From assembly GCA_009992615.1 (NCBI GenBank), contig JAACVA010000186.1, forward strand, positions 1-32,864: DNA of 32,864 nucleotides, given 5' to 3'. The notes beneath the pieces are model-generated. The model had not been told where the DNA came from and did no database searches. It was given only the letters and a program-made list of their open reading frames with translations. The position numbers and the translations under genes were made by a program. Positions 6,984-16,770 of the stretch are shown one piece after another. The first letter of the stretch is position 1; every line of letters starts with the position of its first letter. The stretch comes from Rhodobacterales bacterium (GTDB lineage Bacteria; Pseudomonadota; Alphaproteobacteria; Rhodobacterales; Rhodobacteraceae).

Positions 6984-9644
6984 TTATCCTTCCAGCAAGT
7001 TTTTCGCGGCGGCAATCGCCACATTAGCCCGGGTAGCATCTTTTGCACCACCCTGTGCCATGTCGGGCCGGCCACCGCCACCCTTGCCACCCATCGCCTC
7101 AACCGCCACGCGCACCAGATCCACAGCCGAAACACGATGCGTCAGATCATCGGTGACACCGGCCGCAACGGCAACCTTGCCCGCCGCATCGGCAATCAGC
7201 AATACCGCGCCGGAACCCAGCCGCGACTTGTGTGCATCAATCAGCCCGGGCAGATCCTTGCCCGTGACGCCGTTCAACAGCTGTGCCAGCAACGGCACAC
7301 CGCCGATGATTTCGGCCTCGGGCACCGCACCTTGCCCCGCACCGCCCGCCATTGCCAGATCGCGCCGCAGTTGCGCCACCTCATTTGCAAGAGCACGGCG
7401 TTCATCGAGCACCGCGCGCAACCGTTCGGGCACTTCAGCAGCGTTGGTTTTCAGCATCTGCGCTGCTTCGGTCAATCGCCGGTCTTGTCCCAGCAGATGA
7501 TCCAGTGCCGCCTGCCCGGTCAGCGCCTCAATCCGCCGCACCCCCGCCGAAGACGCGCTGTCACCCAGCACGACAAATAATCCAATGTCGCCGGTTTGTG
7601 CCACATGTGTGCCGCCACACAGCTCGATCGACCAGGTCTGGCCATCGCCGCCCTTGCCGGTTGCGGCCCGACCCATGGACACAACCCGCACCTCATCGCC
7701 GTATTTCTCACCGAACAGCGCCTGCGCCCCCAGCGCGCGCGCCTCATCCGGCGTCATCAACCGGGTGCTCACCGTGTCGTTCTGCCGAATGAAACGGTTC
7801 ACACGCGCCTCGACTTCGGTAATTTCTTCAGGAGCAAGACCCTTGCCATGGCTGAAATCGAACCGCAGCCGATCAGGGGCATTCAGCGAACCGCGCTGCG
7901 CCACATGGTCGCCCAGCACCTCGCGCAGCGCCTCGTTCAGCAAATGGGTGGCCGAATGGTTGGTCCGGATCAGGCCGCGCCTTTCGTGATCGACAGACAG
8001 TTTTGCCCCCGCACCTCGGTTCAGCGTGCCTTCGGTCACTTCGGCATGATGGATGAAAACACCTGCCGTCTTGCGGGTGTCGGTAATTCGCGCGCTGCCG
8101 GTCACCGTGCTCAAGGTGCCACTGTCACCCACCTGGCCGCCCGATTCGGCATAAAACGGCGTCTGGTTCACCACGATCTGCACGATATCGCCCACGCTGG
8201 CGCTGTTCACCGCCGTGTTGCCTGTGACCAAGGCCAGGATCTGCCCCTCGGCCTGCTCGGTGTCATAGCCGAGGAATTCGGTAGCGCCATGCCTTTCCGC
8301 AAGATCGAACCAGATCGCCGCATCTGCGGTTTCGCCCGATCCAGCCCAGGCGGCCCGCGCCTTGGCTTTTTGTTCAGCCATGGCCGCATCAAACCCTTCG
8401 GTATCCACCGACCGCCCCTGTTCACGCAGCGCGTCCTGCGTCAGGTCCAGCGGGAAACCGAAAGTGTCATACAGCCGGAACGCAGCATCACCGGGCAAGG
8501 TGGCGCCTTCGGCCAGCCCTGCCACCTCGTCATCCAACAGCCGCAGGCCCCGCTCCAACGTTTGGCGGAACCGGGTTTCCTCGGACAACAGGGTTTCCTG
8601 GATCATCGCCTGGGCATGACCCAATTCGGGATAGGGCTGCCCCATCTGCGCCACCAGCGCAGGCACAAGCCGGTGCATGACCGGATCTTTTGCGCCCAGC
8701 AAATGCGCATGACGCATCGCGCGGCGCATAATCCGGCGCAGCACATACCCGCGCCCCTCATTGCTGGGCAGCACACCGTCAGCCATAAGAAACGAGGTCG
8801 ATCGCAGGTGATCTGCGATAACCCGGTGATGCACGTTGCCCGGCCCGTCCGGATCGGTGCCCGTGGTCTGGGCGCTGGCCTCGATCAGGGCGCGAAACAG
8901 GTCAGTGTCGTAATTGTCGTGTTTGCCTTGCAATAAGGCACCAATCCGCTCCAACCCCATGCCAGTGTCGATACTTTGATTCGGCAGATCGCGGCGGGTG
9001 CCATCCTCCATCTGTTCATATTGCATGAACACAAGGTTCCAGATTTCAATAAACCTGTCGCCATCCTCATCGGCACTGCCCGGCGGCCCACCTGCAATGT
9101 GATCGCCGTGGTCATAGAAAATCTCGGTGCAGGGGCCACAAGGGCCTGTTGGTCCGGCCGACCAGAAATTATCGTCGCTTGCGATCCGGATGATCCGTTC
9201 GTCCGGCAGGCCTGCGTGCTTTTTCCAGATCGCCACAGCCTCGTCATCGGTGTGATATACTGTCACCAGCAGACGAGACTTGTCGATACCGAACTCCTTG
9301 GTCAGCAAATCCCATGCAAGCGGGATCGCGTCCTGCTTGAAATAATCTCCGAAACTGAAGTTGCCCAACATCTCGAAAAACGTGTGGTGCCGGGCCGTAT
9401 ATCCGACATTGTCCAGATCGTTGTGCTTGCCCCCGGCACGGACGCATTTCTGGGCCGTGGTCGCTCGTTTGTAATCACGATGTTCAACGCCGGTGAACAA
9501 GTTCTTGAACTGCACCATCCCCGCGGCAGTAAACATAAGCGTCGGGTCATTGCGCGGCACCAACGGCGAACTTTCGACGATACGATGATCGTGACGGCCA
9601 AAATACTCAAGAAACGTGGTGCGAATATCATTCAGGCTGGGCAT
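6984..9644 (-). CDS. alaS: Alanine--tRNA ligase
   Basis: [34 protein letters not shown], editing-site HSATH and ELCGGTH, C-terminal [14 protein letters not shown]; 886 aa. Confidence 0.99.
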   Translation of the reverse strand: MPSLNDIRTTFLEYFGRHDHRIVESSPLVPRNDPTLMFTAAGMVQFKNLFTGVEHRDYKRATTAQKCVRAGGKHNDLDNVGYTARHHTFFEMLGNFSFGDYFKQDAIPLAWDLLTKEFGIDKSRLLVTVYHTDDEAVAIWKKHAGLPDERIIRIASDDNFWSAGPTGPCGPCTEIFYDHGDHIAGGPPGSADEDGDRFIEIWNLVFMQYEQMEDGTRRDLPNQSIDTGMGLERIGALLQGKHDNYDTDLFRALIEASAQTTGTDPDGPGNVHHRVIADHLRSTSFLMADGVLPSNEGRGYVLRRIMRRAMRHAHLLGAKDPVMHRLVPALVAQMGQPYPELGHAQAMIQETLLSEETRFRQTLERGLRLLDDEVAGLAEGATLPGDAAFRLYDTFGFPLDLTQDALREQGRSVDTEGFDAAMAEQKAKARAAWAGSGETADAAIWFDLAERHGATEFLGYDTEQAEGQILALVTGNTAVNSASVGDIVQIVVNQTPFYAESGGQVGDSGTLSTVTGSARITDTRKTAGVFIHHAEVTEGTLNRGAGAKLSVDHERRGLIRTNHSATHLLNEALREVLGDHVAQRGSLNAPDRLRFDFSHGKGLAPEEITEVEARVNRFIRQNDTVSTRLMTPDEARALGAQALFGEKYGDEVRVVSMGRAATGKGGDGQTWSIELCGGTHVAQTGDIGLFVVLGDSASSAGVRRIEALTGQAALDHLLGQDRRLTEAAQMLKTNAAEVPERLRAVLDERRALANEVAQLRRDLAMAGGAGQGAVPEAEIIGGVPLLAQLLNGVTGKDLPGLIDAHKSRLGSGAVLLIADAAGKVAVAAGVTDDLTHRVSAVDLVRVAVEAMGGKGGGGRPDMAQGGAKDATRANVAIAAAKNLLEG

Positions 9645-9734
9645 GGTGGGCGGTTTGTCCTGACAAGGCTTTACATTTTTCGTGATCTAGCCTTGCGGGC
9701 CGGGCCTGTCCACCACTCAGGTACTCTGCCGTGG

Positions 9735-9757
9735 AAAACGGCCCGACCATCGGGCTG
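9735..9757 (-). terminator. Probable intrinsic terminator after recA
   Basis: Minus strand CAGCCCGA-TGG-TCGGGCCG followed by TTTT, about 20 nt after the recA stop. Confidence 0.6.
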
Positions 9758-9776
9758 GGATCGACTTCGCCTGACT

Positions 9777-10847
9777 TCAGTCTTCAATCATCGGTTCGCT
9801 GCTCTCGACATCGCCACTGAAATCCAGCCCGTGCGAGGCCCGGATCTTGTCCTCGATCTCAAGCGCCATCGACGGGTTGTCCTTGAGAAACTGTTTGGAA
9901 TTCTCGCGGCCTTGGCCGATCCGCTCGTCCCCGTAAGAGAACCAGGAACCAGATTTATTCACCACACCAGCCAAAACACCAAGATCGAGCAATTCACCAC
10001 GTTTCGAGATGCCTTCACCGTACATGATGTCGAATTCCACCACCTTGAATGGCGGCGCGACCTTGTTCTTGACGACTTTCACCTTGGTCTGATTGCCAAC
10101 CACCTCGTCACGATCCTTGATCGAACCAATACGGCGTATATCCAACCGAACTGAAGAATAGAATTTGAGTGCATTGCCGCCGGTCGTCGTTTCCGGGCTG
10201 CCGAACATCACGCCGATCTTCATCCGCAGTTGGTTGATGAACACCACCATGCACTTGCTGCGACTGATCGAGCCGGTCAGCTTGCGCATGGCTTGACTCA
10301 TCAATCGGGCCTGAACACCAACGCTGGAATCGCCCATGTCGCCCTCCAGTTCCGATTTTGGAATCAGTGCCGCAACCGAATCAACGACAACAAGGCTGAC
10401 CGCACCCGACCGCACGAGGGTATCGACAATTTCAAGCGCTTGTTCGCCAGTGTCCGGCTGGCTGATCAACAGTTCGTTCAGGTTCACCCCCAGCTTCTTG
10501 GCATAGGAGGGATCCAGCGCGTGTTCCGCATCAACGAAAGCGCAAACCCCTCCATTCTTCTGTTCCTCGGCCACAACATGCAACGTAAGCGTCGTCTTGC
10601 CTGAACTTTCAGGCCCGTAAACCTCGATAATCCGCCCGCGCGGCAGGCCACCAATGCCCAAGGCAATGTCGAGGCCCAGAGATCCTGTTGAAATTGCTTC
10701 GATCTCTGCGACGGGATTGTCCGCCCCGAGTCGCATGATAGACCCCTTGCCGAACTGCCGCTCGATCTGGGCCAGCGCTGAGTCGAGCGCTTTTTGTCTG
10801 TCCGCACTGCGCTTGTCTGTCATGTCGAGTAAATTCGCCGTTGCCAT
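9777..10847 (-). CDS. recA: Recombinase RecA
   Basis: GPESSGKTT Walker A, DAEHALD, VDSVAAL and GGNALKFY; start MATANLL at 10847. Confidence 0.99.
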   Translation of the reverse strand: MATANLLDMTDKRSADRQKALDSALAQIERQFGKGSIMRLGADNPVAEIEAISTGSLGLDIALGIGGLPRGRIIEVYGPESSGKTTLTLHVVAEEQKNGGVCAFVDAEHALDPSYAKKLGVNLNELLISQPDTGEQALEIVDTLVRSGAVSLVVVDSVAALIPKSELEGDMGDSSVGVQARLMSQAMRKLTGSISRSKCMVVFINQLRMKIGVMFGSPETTTGGNALKFYSSVRLDIRRIGSIKDRDEVVGNQTKVKVVKNKVAPPFKVVEFDIMYGEGISKRGELLDLGVLAGVVNKSGSWFSYGDERIGQGRENSKQFLKDNPSMALEIEDKIRASHGLDFSGDVESSEPMIED

Positions 10848-10896
10848 GTTTCGCTTCCTTATTCCACACCCACAGCCGGGCGGCAATGTGTGGTTT

Positions 10897-10939
10897 GTTC
10901 GCACCTTGTTCTCATGTAACATGAGATCAAAACATGAAC
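10897..10939. promoter_or_regulatory. Alphaproteobacterial LexA (SOS) boxes upstream of recA
   Basis: GTTC-GCACCTT-GTTC at 10897-10911 is an exact GTTC-N7-GTTC; GATC-AAAACAT-GAAC at 10925-10939 is an inverted one-mismatch copy. Confidence 0.88.
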
Positions 10940-10978
10940 AATTCAACCGATTTCTTCAAACAACCTGCTGGGTTTGTC

Positions 10979-10993
10979 TTAACCAATGGTTAC
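10979..10993. promoter_or_regulatory. CtrA-like box upstream of recA
   Basis: TTAA-CCAATGG-TTAC, one mismatch to TTAA-N7-TTAA. Confidence 0.55.
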
Positions 10994-11015
10994 CTCACCT
11001 GAGCGCGACCAAAAA

Positions 11016-13139
11016 TCAGGACAGCTGTTCCTGAACGGTGGTGGTCAACTGTGTCAGCGAGAACGGCTTTGGCAGAAAGACTGAATTGAGGATTGATGCC
11101 TGGGTTTCCGACAGATTCTCTTCGGAATACCCGGAAACGAAGATCACTTTGGTTGCTGGTCGCGCTACAAGTGCCTGTTTGACCCAAGAGGGGCCATCCA
11201 GACCGGGCATGATGACATCGGTAACAAAAATATCGACGCGCAACGCCAAATCAGCGAGGATCGATAACGCCTCTTCGCCGTTTCCGGCCTCGATCACAGT
11301 GTAGCCACGCAGGCGCAGGGCGCGACAGGCAAAAGCGCGCACAGGTGCCTCGTCTTCGACCAGCAGGACGACGCCATCGCGGGGTTTGGAAGGCGTGTCT
11401 GGGGCGGGGGCAGGGGCGGCACCAAGCCCGGGATCGCCGCGCAGGTGAGCGGGAAAATACAGCGTGAAACGCGACCCTTCCCCCAGAACACTGTCGGCAA
11501 AAATGAAACCGCCTGTTTGCTTGACAATCCCATAGGCCGTCGACAAACCAAGACCGGTACCTTCACCAGTTTTCTTGGTGGTGAAAAACGGCTCGAATAT
11601 CTTGGGCAACTTGTCCGGCGCGATGCCCGTGCCTTCGTCACACACCCGGACAGCGACATAGACGCCGGCAGGCACGATCACCCGGTCACGGCACAGTGGT
11701 TCGGTCAAAGTCTCGACCTGGGTTTCTATGTCGATCCGCCCCCCCGCCGGCATGGCGTCGCGGGCGTTCACGACAAGGTTCATTATCACCTGTTCCAACT
11801 GCCGTTTGTCGGCGCGGATCGCCTGAAGTGCCGGGTCGTGCGAATAATAGAGATGTACCTTTTCGCCCACAAGACGATTCAACAGATGGGTCAGATCGGC
11901 AAGTGTCAGCCGCAGATCCAGATACTCGGGCCGCAGGTTCTGTTTGCGGGAAAATGCCAGCAGTTGACCCACCAGGCTGGCCGCGCGATTGGCATTCTGG
12001 TTGATCTGTTCAAGGTCGGCAAAATCGGGATCCATCTCGTCGCGGCGCAGCAGCAGAAGATCACAATGACCACTGATTGCCGTAAGAAGGTTGTTGAAAT
12101 CATGGGCCACCCCGCCCGCCAACTGTCCGATTGCCTGCATTTTCTGGCTTTGAACGAACTGCGCCTCGAGCGTCTTCATCTCGGTGGCGTCGTGCAGCAC
12201 TGCCACGAGGCGCATGTCGTCGCCCGCGCCGATCTGGCCAAGAGTGATCTGTAAGTACAGGTCAACATTGCCCGGCGTCATACGCACGACCTCGGGGCGG
12301 TGCAGGCCGCGCCCGTCGTAGGCGTCGTTCAGCCATTCGCGGATCGGGCGGCCCAATCCCTCGACGATCGCCGAAAGAGATTGGCCGACGACGTCGATTT
12401 CCTCCAAAAGCTGCCGGGCCCGCCGGTTTGCCTGTTCCACCGTCCCATCCCGTGCGATCCGCAGAATCGGCACAGGCAATTCTTCCAGAACCTGTTCTCG
12501 GTACGGCCCGCCGTTGTGCGCCGTGGTCAAGGCCGTTACACCGGACGGATCGGTGTCACGCGCCAGCGGCGCAGCCGCTACGTTCAACACCGCGCCGCCC
12601 AAAAGCGACTGCGCGCCATCGGCCCCCTGATCCGTCAGCCGCCATAAAAGCCCATCCAACCCAACACGCGTAAGCACCAGAAGCGGCGCCCCCTTGAGAT
12701 GGGTCAGCCGACGCTGTGCACGTCCCGCAGCCAGAGCCCCTTGCCGCAGCTCGCAAAACAATTCGTCCGGCGCAGCAACCAAAAAAGCCAGAAAACGCCC
12801 TGCATGTTCGCCCGGCGCAAGAGGAAAAAGACCGTTGGCAACACCATTTGACCGTTCGATCAGGCCGTCTCTGTCTGACAGAAACACCGCATCGTCGTCA
12901 AATTTCACCAATGCGTCGAACGCCGCCCCCCGCAGGCGGTGAAGATGCTTTTGTCGCAGCCCCATCCCGAGGATCGTCAAGGCCAGCATTGCAAGTGTCA
13001 ACGCAACAAACCAGATCGACAGCCGCAGGACAGGATCGGCCGCCGCCGCCCCCAACAACGCAACAGCCAGCGCCAGCGCAAGCAACACGGGTACCCGGGC
13101 TGCCGGGATCCCAGATGGGCCAAATGCATCCCGCGGCAC
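11016..13139 (-). CDS. cckA: Hybrid sensor histidine kinase CckA (TM-PAS-HisKA-HATPase-REC)
   Basis: QSQKMQAIGQLAGGVAHDFNNLLT, NLVVNARDAM, FEPFFTTK, GTGLGL; receiver VEDE...TDVIMP; directly upstream of recA; start uncertain (GTG 13139 chosen, ORF open to 13202). Confidence 0.93.
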   Translation of the reverse strand: MPRDAFGPSGIPAARVPVLLALALAVALLGAAAADPVLRLSIWFVALTLAMLALTILGMGLRQKHLHRLRGAAFDALVKFDDDAVFLSDRDGLIERSNGVANGLFPLAPGEHAGRFLAFLVAAPDELFCELRQGALAAGRAQRRLTHLKGAPLLVLTRVGLDGLLWRLTDQGADGAQSLLGGAVLNVAAAPLARDTDPSGVTALTTAHNGGPYREQVLEELPVPILRIARDGTVEQANRRARQLLEEIDVVGQSLSAIVEGLGRPIREWLNDAYDGRGLHRPEVVRMTPGNVDLYLQITLGQIGAGDDMRLVAVLHDATEMKTLEAQFVQSQKMQAIGQLAGGVAHDFNNLLTAISGHCDLLLLRRDEMDPDFADLEQINQNANRAASLVGQLLAFSRKQNLRPEYLDLRLTLADLTHLLNRLVGEKVHLYYSHDPALQAIRADKRQLEQVIMNLVVNARDAMPAGGRIDIETQVETLTEPLCRDRVIVPAGVYVAVRVCDEGTGIAPDKLPKIFEPFFTTKKTGEGTGLGLSTAYGIVKQTGGFIFADSVLGEGSRFTLYFPAHLRGDPGLGAAPAPAPDTPSKPRDGVVLLVEDEAPVRAFACRALRLRGYTVIEAGNGEEALSILADLALRVDIFVTDVIMPGLDGPSWVKQALVARPATKVIFVSGYSEENLSETQASILNSVFLPKPFSLTQLTTTVQEQLS

Positions 13140-13204
13140 GGAAATTTCTCTCAACGGACTTCCTGTTTTCAACTGGCTCACCCCGGAAGCAATGCCGCGC
13201 AATG

Positions 13205-13221
13205 GTTAAATGTCCCTTAAC
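13205..13221. promoter_or_regulatory. Full CtrA binding site upstream of cckA
   Basis: GTTAA-ATGTCCC-TTAAC is an exact TTAA-N7-TTAAC on both strands; overlaps the rsmB stop codon. Confidence 0.8.
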
Positions 13222-14434
13222 TTTCCATCTTCGCGGTACGCCGTTTTACCAGTGGTGGCGCAGCGGCCGGGCAATGATGCAAAACCGCCAGATAAAAACC
13301 GTCTCCGCCGTCAAGCGGAGTCAACTTGCGTTGCACTGAGACCCGCCAGTCTGACGCGTCGCTGATAAATTCACCGATCTGTGCCGCGTTTTCAATGTCA
13401 AGCAACGAACAGGTCATATAAGCCAGAGTTCCCCCCGGCGCGACAAGTGACGCGGCATGGCGCAACAGCATGGCCTGGGTTTCGCACAGCTTCTGCAACC
13501 CAGCCGGCGTCAACAGCCATTTGCCCTGTGGCGCGCGACGCCACGCACCGCTGCCCGAACAGGGCGCATCAACGACGACCACGTCGAACCCATCCGCCGC
13601 TGCCAGGGCATCGGGCGAAATCAGGTTGACCCGCGCACCAGCACGCGCCGCGCGGGCCGGCAGATCGGTCATGCGCCCCGGATCACGGTCATGCGCATAA
13701 TACACCGCATCAGGACAACGCGCCGCAAGCGCCAGAGATTTGCCCCCGCCCCCGGCACACAGATCCAGCACACGCTGAGCGTGCCGCACCGGAACAGCAT
13801 CGGAAATCGCCTGACTGGCAACATCCTGCAACTCGACCAGACCGCTGGTGTAGGGGGCGCTGTGCTGAACGCGGCGTGGATTGCTCAGCACCTCGAGGGC
13901 GCTGGGTGACAGAGACGCAGGGCGCGTGTCGATTCCGTCACGCAACAGCGCCGCCCGTGCCGCGGCAATGGTCGAACGGGAAAGGTTGACCCGCAGGAAA
14001 ACCGGCGCCCGCGTCTGCAACCGCGCCATGACAGGCGCGAAATCCGCCCCCAGATCCATGTGCAGTTGCGGTGCCAGCCAGGCGGGGCAATCCAGCAGAG
14101 TGTCCGCGTCAGTCGGTTGGGGTATCACCCTTTCGTCGTCGGACAAAGGCCGCGGCGCGTGCGAGATCCCATTAAAAAGCGTATCAGGATCAGTGCCCTG
14201 CTGTCGCAGCAAACCGATCATTACGGCGCGCCCCGACATCGCCCCGCCCAACGCGGCACAAGATCGAAGTCGGCGCAACGCGTCGAACACATGGTCGCGG
14301 ATTGCGGCGCGATCACCCGAACCGGCAAAACGGTTCTGTCGCGCCCAGGTGGTCAGAACGCGCTCAGCCGAGGCCCCGGCGATGACCTGATCCAGAACCG
14401 CGATGGCGGCCGAAACCCGTGCAGCGGGCGTCAA
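13217..14434 (-). CDS. RsmB/NOP family RNA m5C methyltransferase
   Basis: TPAAR..AAI start (TTG 14434), RFAGSGDRAAIRD, LDLCAGGGGKSL, DAPCSGSG, YMTCS and DGFY. Confidence 0.92.
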   Translation of the reverse strand: MTPAARVSAAIAVLDQVIAGASAERVLTTWARQNRFAGSGDRAAIRDHVFDALRRLRSCAALGGAMSGRAVMIGLLRQQGTDPDTLFNGISHAPRPLSDDERVIPQPTDADTLLDCPAWLAPQLHMDLGADFAPVMARLQTRAPVFLRVNLSRSTIAAARAALLRDGIDTRPASLSPSALEVLSNPRRVQHSAPYTSGLVELQDVASQAISDAVPVRHAQRVLDLCAGGGGKSLALAARCPDAVYYAHDRDPGRMTDLPARAARAGARVNLISPDALAAADGFDVVVVDAPCSGSGAWRRAPQGKWLLTPAGLQKLCETQAMLLRHAASLVAPGGTLAYMTCSLLDIENAAQIGEFISDASDWRVSVQRKLTPLDGGDGFYLAVLHHCPAAAPPLVKRRTAKMES

Positions 14435-14698
14435 GATTTCTCGCAATGCATTGGACGAGTCCTGTAAATTTTTCGGTCGGCATAGCCTTGCCAAAGATCA
14501 CCGATATGTCTGGGAATGGCCTGTCCTTTGCCCGATGCCTGTCCTGCCATTCCGGTTGCAGCGCCGCATCGCTCTTGATGGCGCTGCACAAACGAATAGC
14601 CGGAATAACGCCCCGATGGAAGGCTTCCACATGCGCCCGAGATGGCCGGACCTCGCGCGCGGACATACGCTTTCCATCGGCAAAGCCCCGTCACGCGG

Positions 14699-16531
14699 TC
14701 ACAAGGGCCAGACGATCAACAGCAGCGGAACGCTGACCACGACCACCAACATTTCGAGAGGCAGCCCCAGTTTCCAGTAGTCGCCAAAACCAAATCCACC
14801 AGGGCCGAGGATCAGTGTGTTGTTCTGATGCCCGATGGGGGTGAGAAAAGCGCAGGACGCGCCAATCGCCACCGCCATGAGAAAACTGTCAGGGTTGACC
14901 CCCAGCGCGGCGGCGATGCCGAGGGCGATGGGACAGAGCACAGCCGCAGTTGCCGCGTTGTTCATCACATCGGACAGGAACATGGTGGTGACAAGAACCA
15001 CCACCAGCGCGGCAGTGGCATTGCCCTGCGCCACGGTGTGAACCAGAAACCGCGCCAGCACATCCGCAGCCCCCGTGGTCTGCATCGCACCGGCCACCGG
15101 CATCAGCGCGGCCAGCAGGACGATCACCGACCAGTCGATGGCGGTATACACCTGTCGCGGCGGCACGGTGCGCAACAGCATGGATGCGATCACCCCCAAG
15201 GTAAACGCCGCCGCTGCCGACAGCAGACCCAGCGTGACAATGCCGACAGACGCCAGCATGATCGCGCCCGCAATCACCGCCATGCGCCTGTCAGGCAGGC
15301 GCAGTTCCCGCTCGCCCAACGGGACACAGCCGGTATCGTTGATGAAATCGGCCATCACCTCTGCCGGGCCCTGCATCAGCAAAAGATCGCCGGATTTGAG
15401 GCTGAGCTGACGCAATCGCGTCTTTGGCGGATGTCCTTCACGCGACACCGCCAACAGGTTCAGACCATAACGCGTGCGCAGCCGCAGATCACTGGCCGAG
15501 CGACCGACGATGCTGGACCCTGGCAGCACAACCAGTTCGCGCAGAACGATATCTTCGTCGCGCCGGGCATTCTTTTCAGTATCCTCTTTGTCATCCTCTT
15601 TGTCAGGCGTCTCGATGTTCAGATCATCGTCTTTCTGCGGCGGACCCTGTTCTTCAAGCGTGATCCCGAACACCGACAACACCTCTGCCACAGCATCGAC
15701 ATCGGCCTCCAGTACCAGAATGTCATCCGCACGGATCAGACGCCCGCCATGCGGCGCGGTCATCCGCACCCGGTTGCGCACAAGCCCGACAATCTGCGCA
15801 CCGCTATCGTCGATTTCGTGCTCGAACGCCCGCAGGCTCAGACCTACGGCGCTGCTGTCTTGCGGAACGTGCACCTCGGTCAGGTAACTTCCGGTTTCAA
15901 ATTCCCCGTCGGTCGATGCCTTGCGCACCGGGACAAGCCGCCACCCGATGACAGCGATAAACACCACGCCAAGCAGCGCCACCGCAAAACCGACTGGGGC
16001 GAAATCGAACATCGCAAAAGGCCCCAACCCTGACTGATCGCGAAATCCGGACACGATCAGGTTGGGTGGCGTGCCGATCAGTGTGGTCATGCCGCCCAGG
16101 ATCGTCCCGAAGGCCAGCGGCATCAGCACCTGACCCGGTGTCAGATCCAGCCGCCCGGACAGTTGCACCGCCACCGGCATCAACAGCGCCATTGCCCCGA
16201 CGTTGTTCATGAACCCCGACAGCACCGCACCCAACCCCATCAAGGCGGCCATCCCGGTGTGCCGCCCACCACCGCGCGGCAAGACGGCGCGGGCCAGCCA
16301 ATCGACGGCGCCGGTGTTCTGCAACCCCCGGCTCAGGATCAGCACGCAGGCCACCGTGATCACCGCCGGGTGGCCAAACCCCGCGAAGGCCTCTGCCGAG
16401 GGAACCAACCCTGCGATCACACAGGCCATCAGCGCCATAAGCGCCACGATGTCATGGCGAAACCGCCCCGATAAAAACAGGGCCATGGTTGCGGCAAGAA
16501 TGGCGAAAATCAGGATCTGGGGGGTGGTCAT
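14699..16531 (-). CDS. SLC13/CitMHS family permease with two TrkA-C domains
   Basis: SGFMNNVGA, GGMTTLIGTPPNLI, SDVMNNAAT, FLTPIGHQNN and FGDYWKLG; central soluble repeats. Confidence 0.92.
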   Translation of the reverse strand: MTTPQILIFAILAATMALFLSGRFRHDIVALMALMACVIAGLVPSAEAFAGFGHPAVITVACVLILSRGLQNTGAVDWLARAVLPRGGGRHTGMAALMGLGAVLSGFMNNVGAMALLMPVAVQLSGRLDLTPGQVLMPLAFGTILGGMTTLIGTPPNLIVSGFRDQSGLGPFAMFDFAPVGFAVALLGVVFIAVIGWRLVPVRKASTDGEFETGSYLTEVHVPQDSSAVGLSLRAFEHEIDDSGAQIVGLVRNRVRMTAPHGGRLIRADDILVLEADVDAVAEVLSVFGITLEEQGPPQKDDDLNIETPDKEDDKEDTEKNARRDEDIVLRELVVLPGSSIVGRSASDLRLRTRYGLNLLAVSREGHPPKTRLRQLSLKSGDLLLMQGPAEVMADFINDTGCVPLGERELRLPDRRMAVIAGAIMLASVGIVTLGLLSAAAAFTLGVIASMLLRTVPPRQVYTAIDWSVIVLLAALMPVAGAMQTTGAADVLARFLVHTVAQGNATAALVVVLVTTMFLSDVMNNAATAAVLCPIALGIAAALGVNPDSFLMAVAIGASCAFLTPIGHQNNTLILGPGGFGFGDYWKLGLPLEMLVVVVSVPLLLIVWPL

Positions 16532-16770
16532 GAGAGGGCTTTCGCGATGATGCCGCAGTGTTACGCCAGACCTACGGCACAATCGACACCGCCCAAGGCG
16601 CGTGCTGACATCAGGCAAACCGCCCCGATACAGCAGGCCGACAGGGACAATCGCGTGACTGGATCGCGCTCGTTCAGGCTCACGGCATCAGGGGCTGTGT
16701 GTCAAGCCACAGATCGCCATCTGCGCAATATCCGGCGCATCCATAATGGCGGCGCCGGGTGTGCGTGGTG

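Noticed and set aside
7596-10154. Long plus-strand ORFs (446 aa, 392 aa) opposite alaS/recA
   Set aside because: Antisense shadows expected from GC-rich codon usage; no recognisable motifs
15581-15604. 12-bp tandem repeat ATCCTCTTTGTC x2
   Set aside because: In-frame duplication encoding DKEDDKED in an acidic linker; only two copies
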